This document shows positions 62,526-64,000 of a DNA stretch of 64,000 nt, piece by piece. Source of the DNA: the human T2T-CHM13v2.0 reference genome, Homo sapiens; the NCBI RefSeq assembly GCF_009914755.1, contig NC_060931.1; one strand, given 5' to 3'. Position numbers and translations under genes: made by a program. The notes beneath the pieces were generated by a model. It was given only the letters and a program-made list of their open reading frames with translations, did not search any database and was not told where the DNA came from. The first letter of the stretch is position 1; the number at the start of each line of letters is the position of its first letter.

Positions 62526-63414
62526 CCCAACCTGGAATCTTGATCAAGAATGAATTCCTTGTTCCCAATGGTACAAGGGATGAAATAAATGGCAGATAGT
62601 AGGAGCCAGGTTCCTCATTATTACAGTGAGAAGTTACAGATAAAAAATAGGGAAGCCTAGAATGATCTCTGTCATAATGAGTCAGAATGTATATATACAA
62701 CGTAAGTATAAACTCACATTTAGCTTAACATATACATAGATGGTTCCACATAGAAACCTTTATAATTAAGTGGGTACATATAAGTTAGAAGACACACATA
62801 TATTTCTTTGCACTGTCAGCTGTAAGTGTCATGATGCAATGACCACATTTAGTGGCCAGATGTAAGTTTTTCATACCATTCTCTAACAAAAGAAATCAGG
62901 GCTATTAGAAGAAATAGCTGAAACTAGGACTGGGACAGAAAATATATGAGCCAGGGTACTTTTGAAGTAACAGAAATAAATTATAAAAAAAACATGAAAT
63001 TATGTAAAAGGAGCCAGTGGAAAGAGCTACCAATGGCCACAGGTATGAACAAAGAGCAACAAAATACTGTACAATTAGATAACAACCAAAAGATTAAAGT
63101 AACTATCTGTGGACCCATACTGGTATAAATAAATGATTAAACAGATATGCAAATGGGCTGAATAGAAATCTCTTATACAGAAGAATTCCAAATACCTGAT
63201 ACAGACAGCCATCAAGGAGGTGGGGCTAACTCCCCACTCCTTTAAGTATGAGCTCTGCATGATGACTTCCTCCAAAAGCATACATACAATATAGACATGG
63301 GAAAAAAGTAACTTTACAGTGAAAAACCTGAAAACACTGCCTCAACCAAGTGATAAAAGTTAACATTAATGGTGATAACACATCTTGAGAGCATGAAGTG
63401 ACTAGACTAGCACT

Positions 63415-64000
63415 TGCAAACCAAAAATAAAATTCAAAGATCTTTCCCCCAACCACCTCTCCACCAGGGGACACCAAAGTTAACCTGGAAGACTGGTTCA
63501 GGCTATGATGGGAAAGAGGTGGTCAGACATGCCTCATTATGCCCTCCTCCCTTTTGGAATTCAGGAAAAGCCAATCAGCATTTAACATCAACACAACCTT
63601 AAATCTGATAAGAAACATTTACAATCTATTCTCTCTGAAGCCTGCTACCTGGAAGCTTCATTTCCATGATAAAACCTTGGTCTCCATAACCCCTTATCAT
63701 AACCCAGACACTCCTTTCTATTGATAGTAAGTCTTTCAACAAACTGCCAATCAGAAAAATTTTAAATGTACCTATAACCTGGAAGCCCCCCCCCCACCCT
63801 AATCCATTGGGTTGTCCCACCTTCCTGGACCGAACCAATATATATCTTAAATACACTTGATTGATGTCTCCTATCTCCCTAAAATGTATAGAACCAACCT
63901 GCACCCCAACGACCTTGGGCACATGTTCTCAGGGTCTCCTGAGGGCTGTGTCAAGGGCCATGGTCACTCATATTTGGCTCAGAATACATCTCTTAAAATA
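63415..64000 (+). mobile_element. MER4-family ERV1 LTR (cut by the window edge)
   Basis: TGCAAACCAAAAATAAAATTC..AAAGTTAACCTG..GACATGCCTCATTAT..TTTTGGAATTCAGG..GGGCACATGTTCTCAGG..TTTGGCTCAGAATA. Confidence 0.85.

Overview
Human (hominoid) subtelomeric segmental-duplication DNA with no credible intact protein-coding gene. Left to right: (i) the 3' part of a scrambled CIC (capicua) processed pseudogene (1-3038); (ii) a GC-rich, degenerate ~32-bp satellite (3.15-8.12 kb) interrupted by a 48/49-bp VNTR that is bracketed by ~280-bp inverted repeats, typical of the LINC01001/LINC01002/LOC729737-type subtelomeric lncRNA block; (iii) an Alu/LTR-dense region made of internal duplications, with a MER11 solo LTR, a U6 retrocopy and three decayed calmodulin (CALM2-like) retrocopy fragments that the ORF track barely shows; (iv) minus-strand GTF2I-derived exons with intact GT/AG sites, two of them in swapped order; (v) an interstitial (CCCTAA)n array with variant-repeat domains (51.9-52.7 kb); (vi) L1/MER21 remnants, a ~53-copy 63-bp VNTR with long open frames on both strands, a pair of TAR1-like CTCF motifs and a MER4 LTR. 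The best candidate for a 'system' is a fossil chromosome end (variant telomere array, VNTR, CTCF pair) onto which a mosaic block producing chimeric lncRNAs was added. Gene and repeat identities come from recognition and hand alignment, not from database searches. The chromosome is not determined; 19p or 11p-type subtelomeres are plausible.
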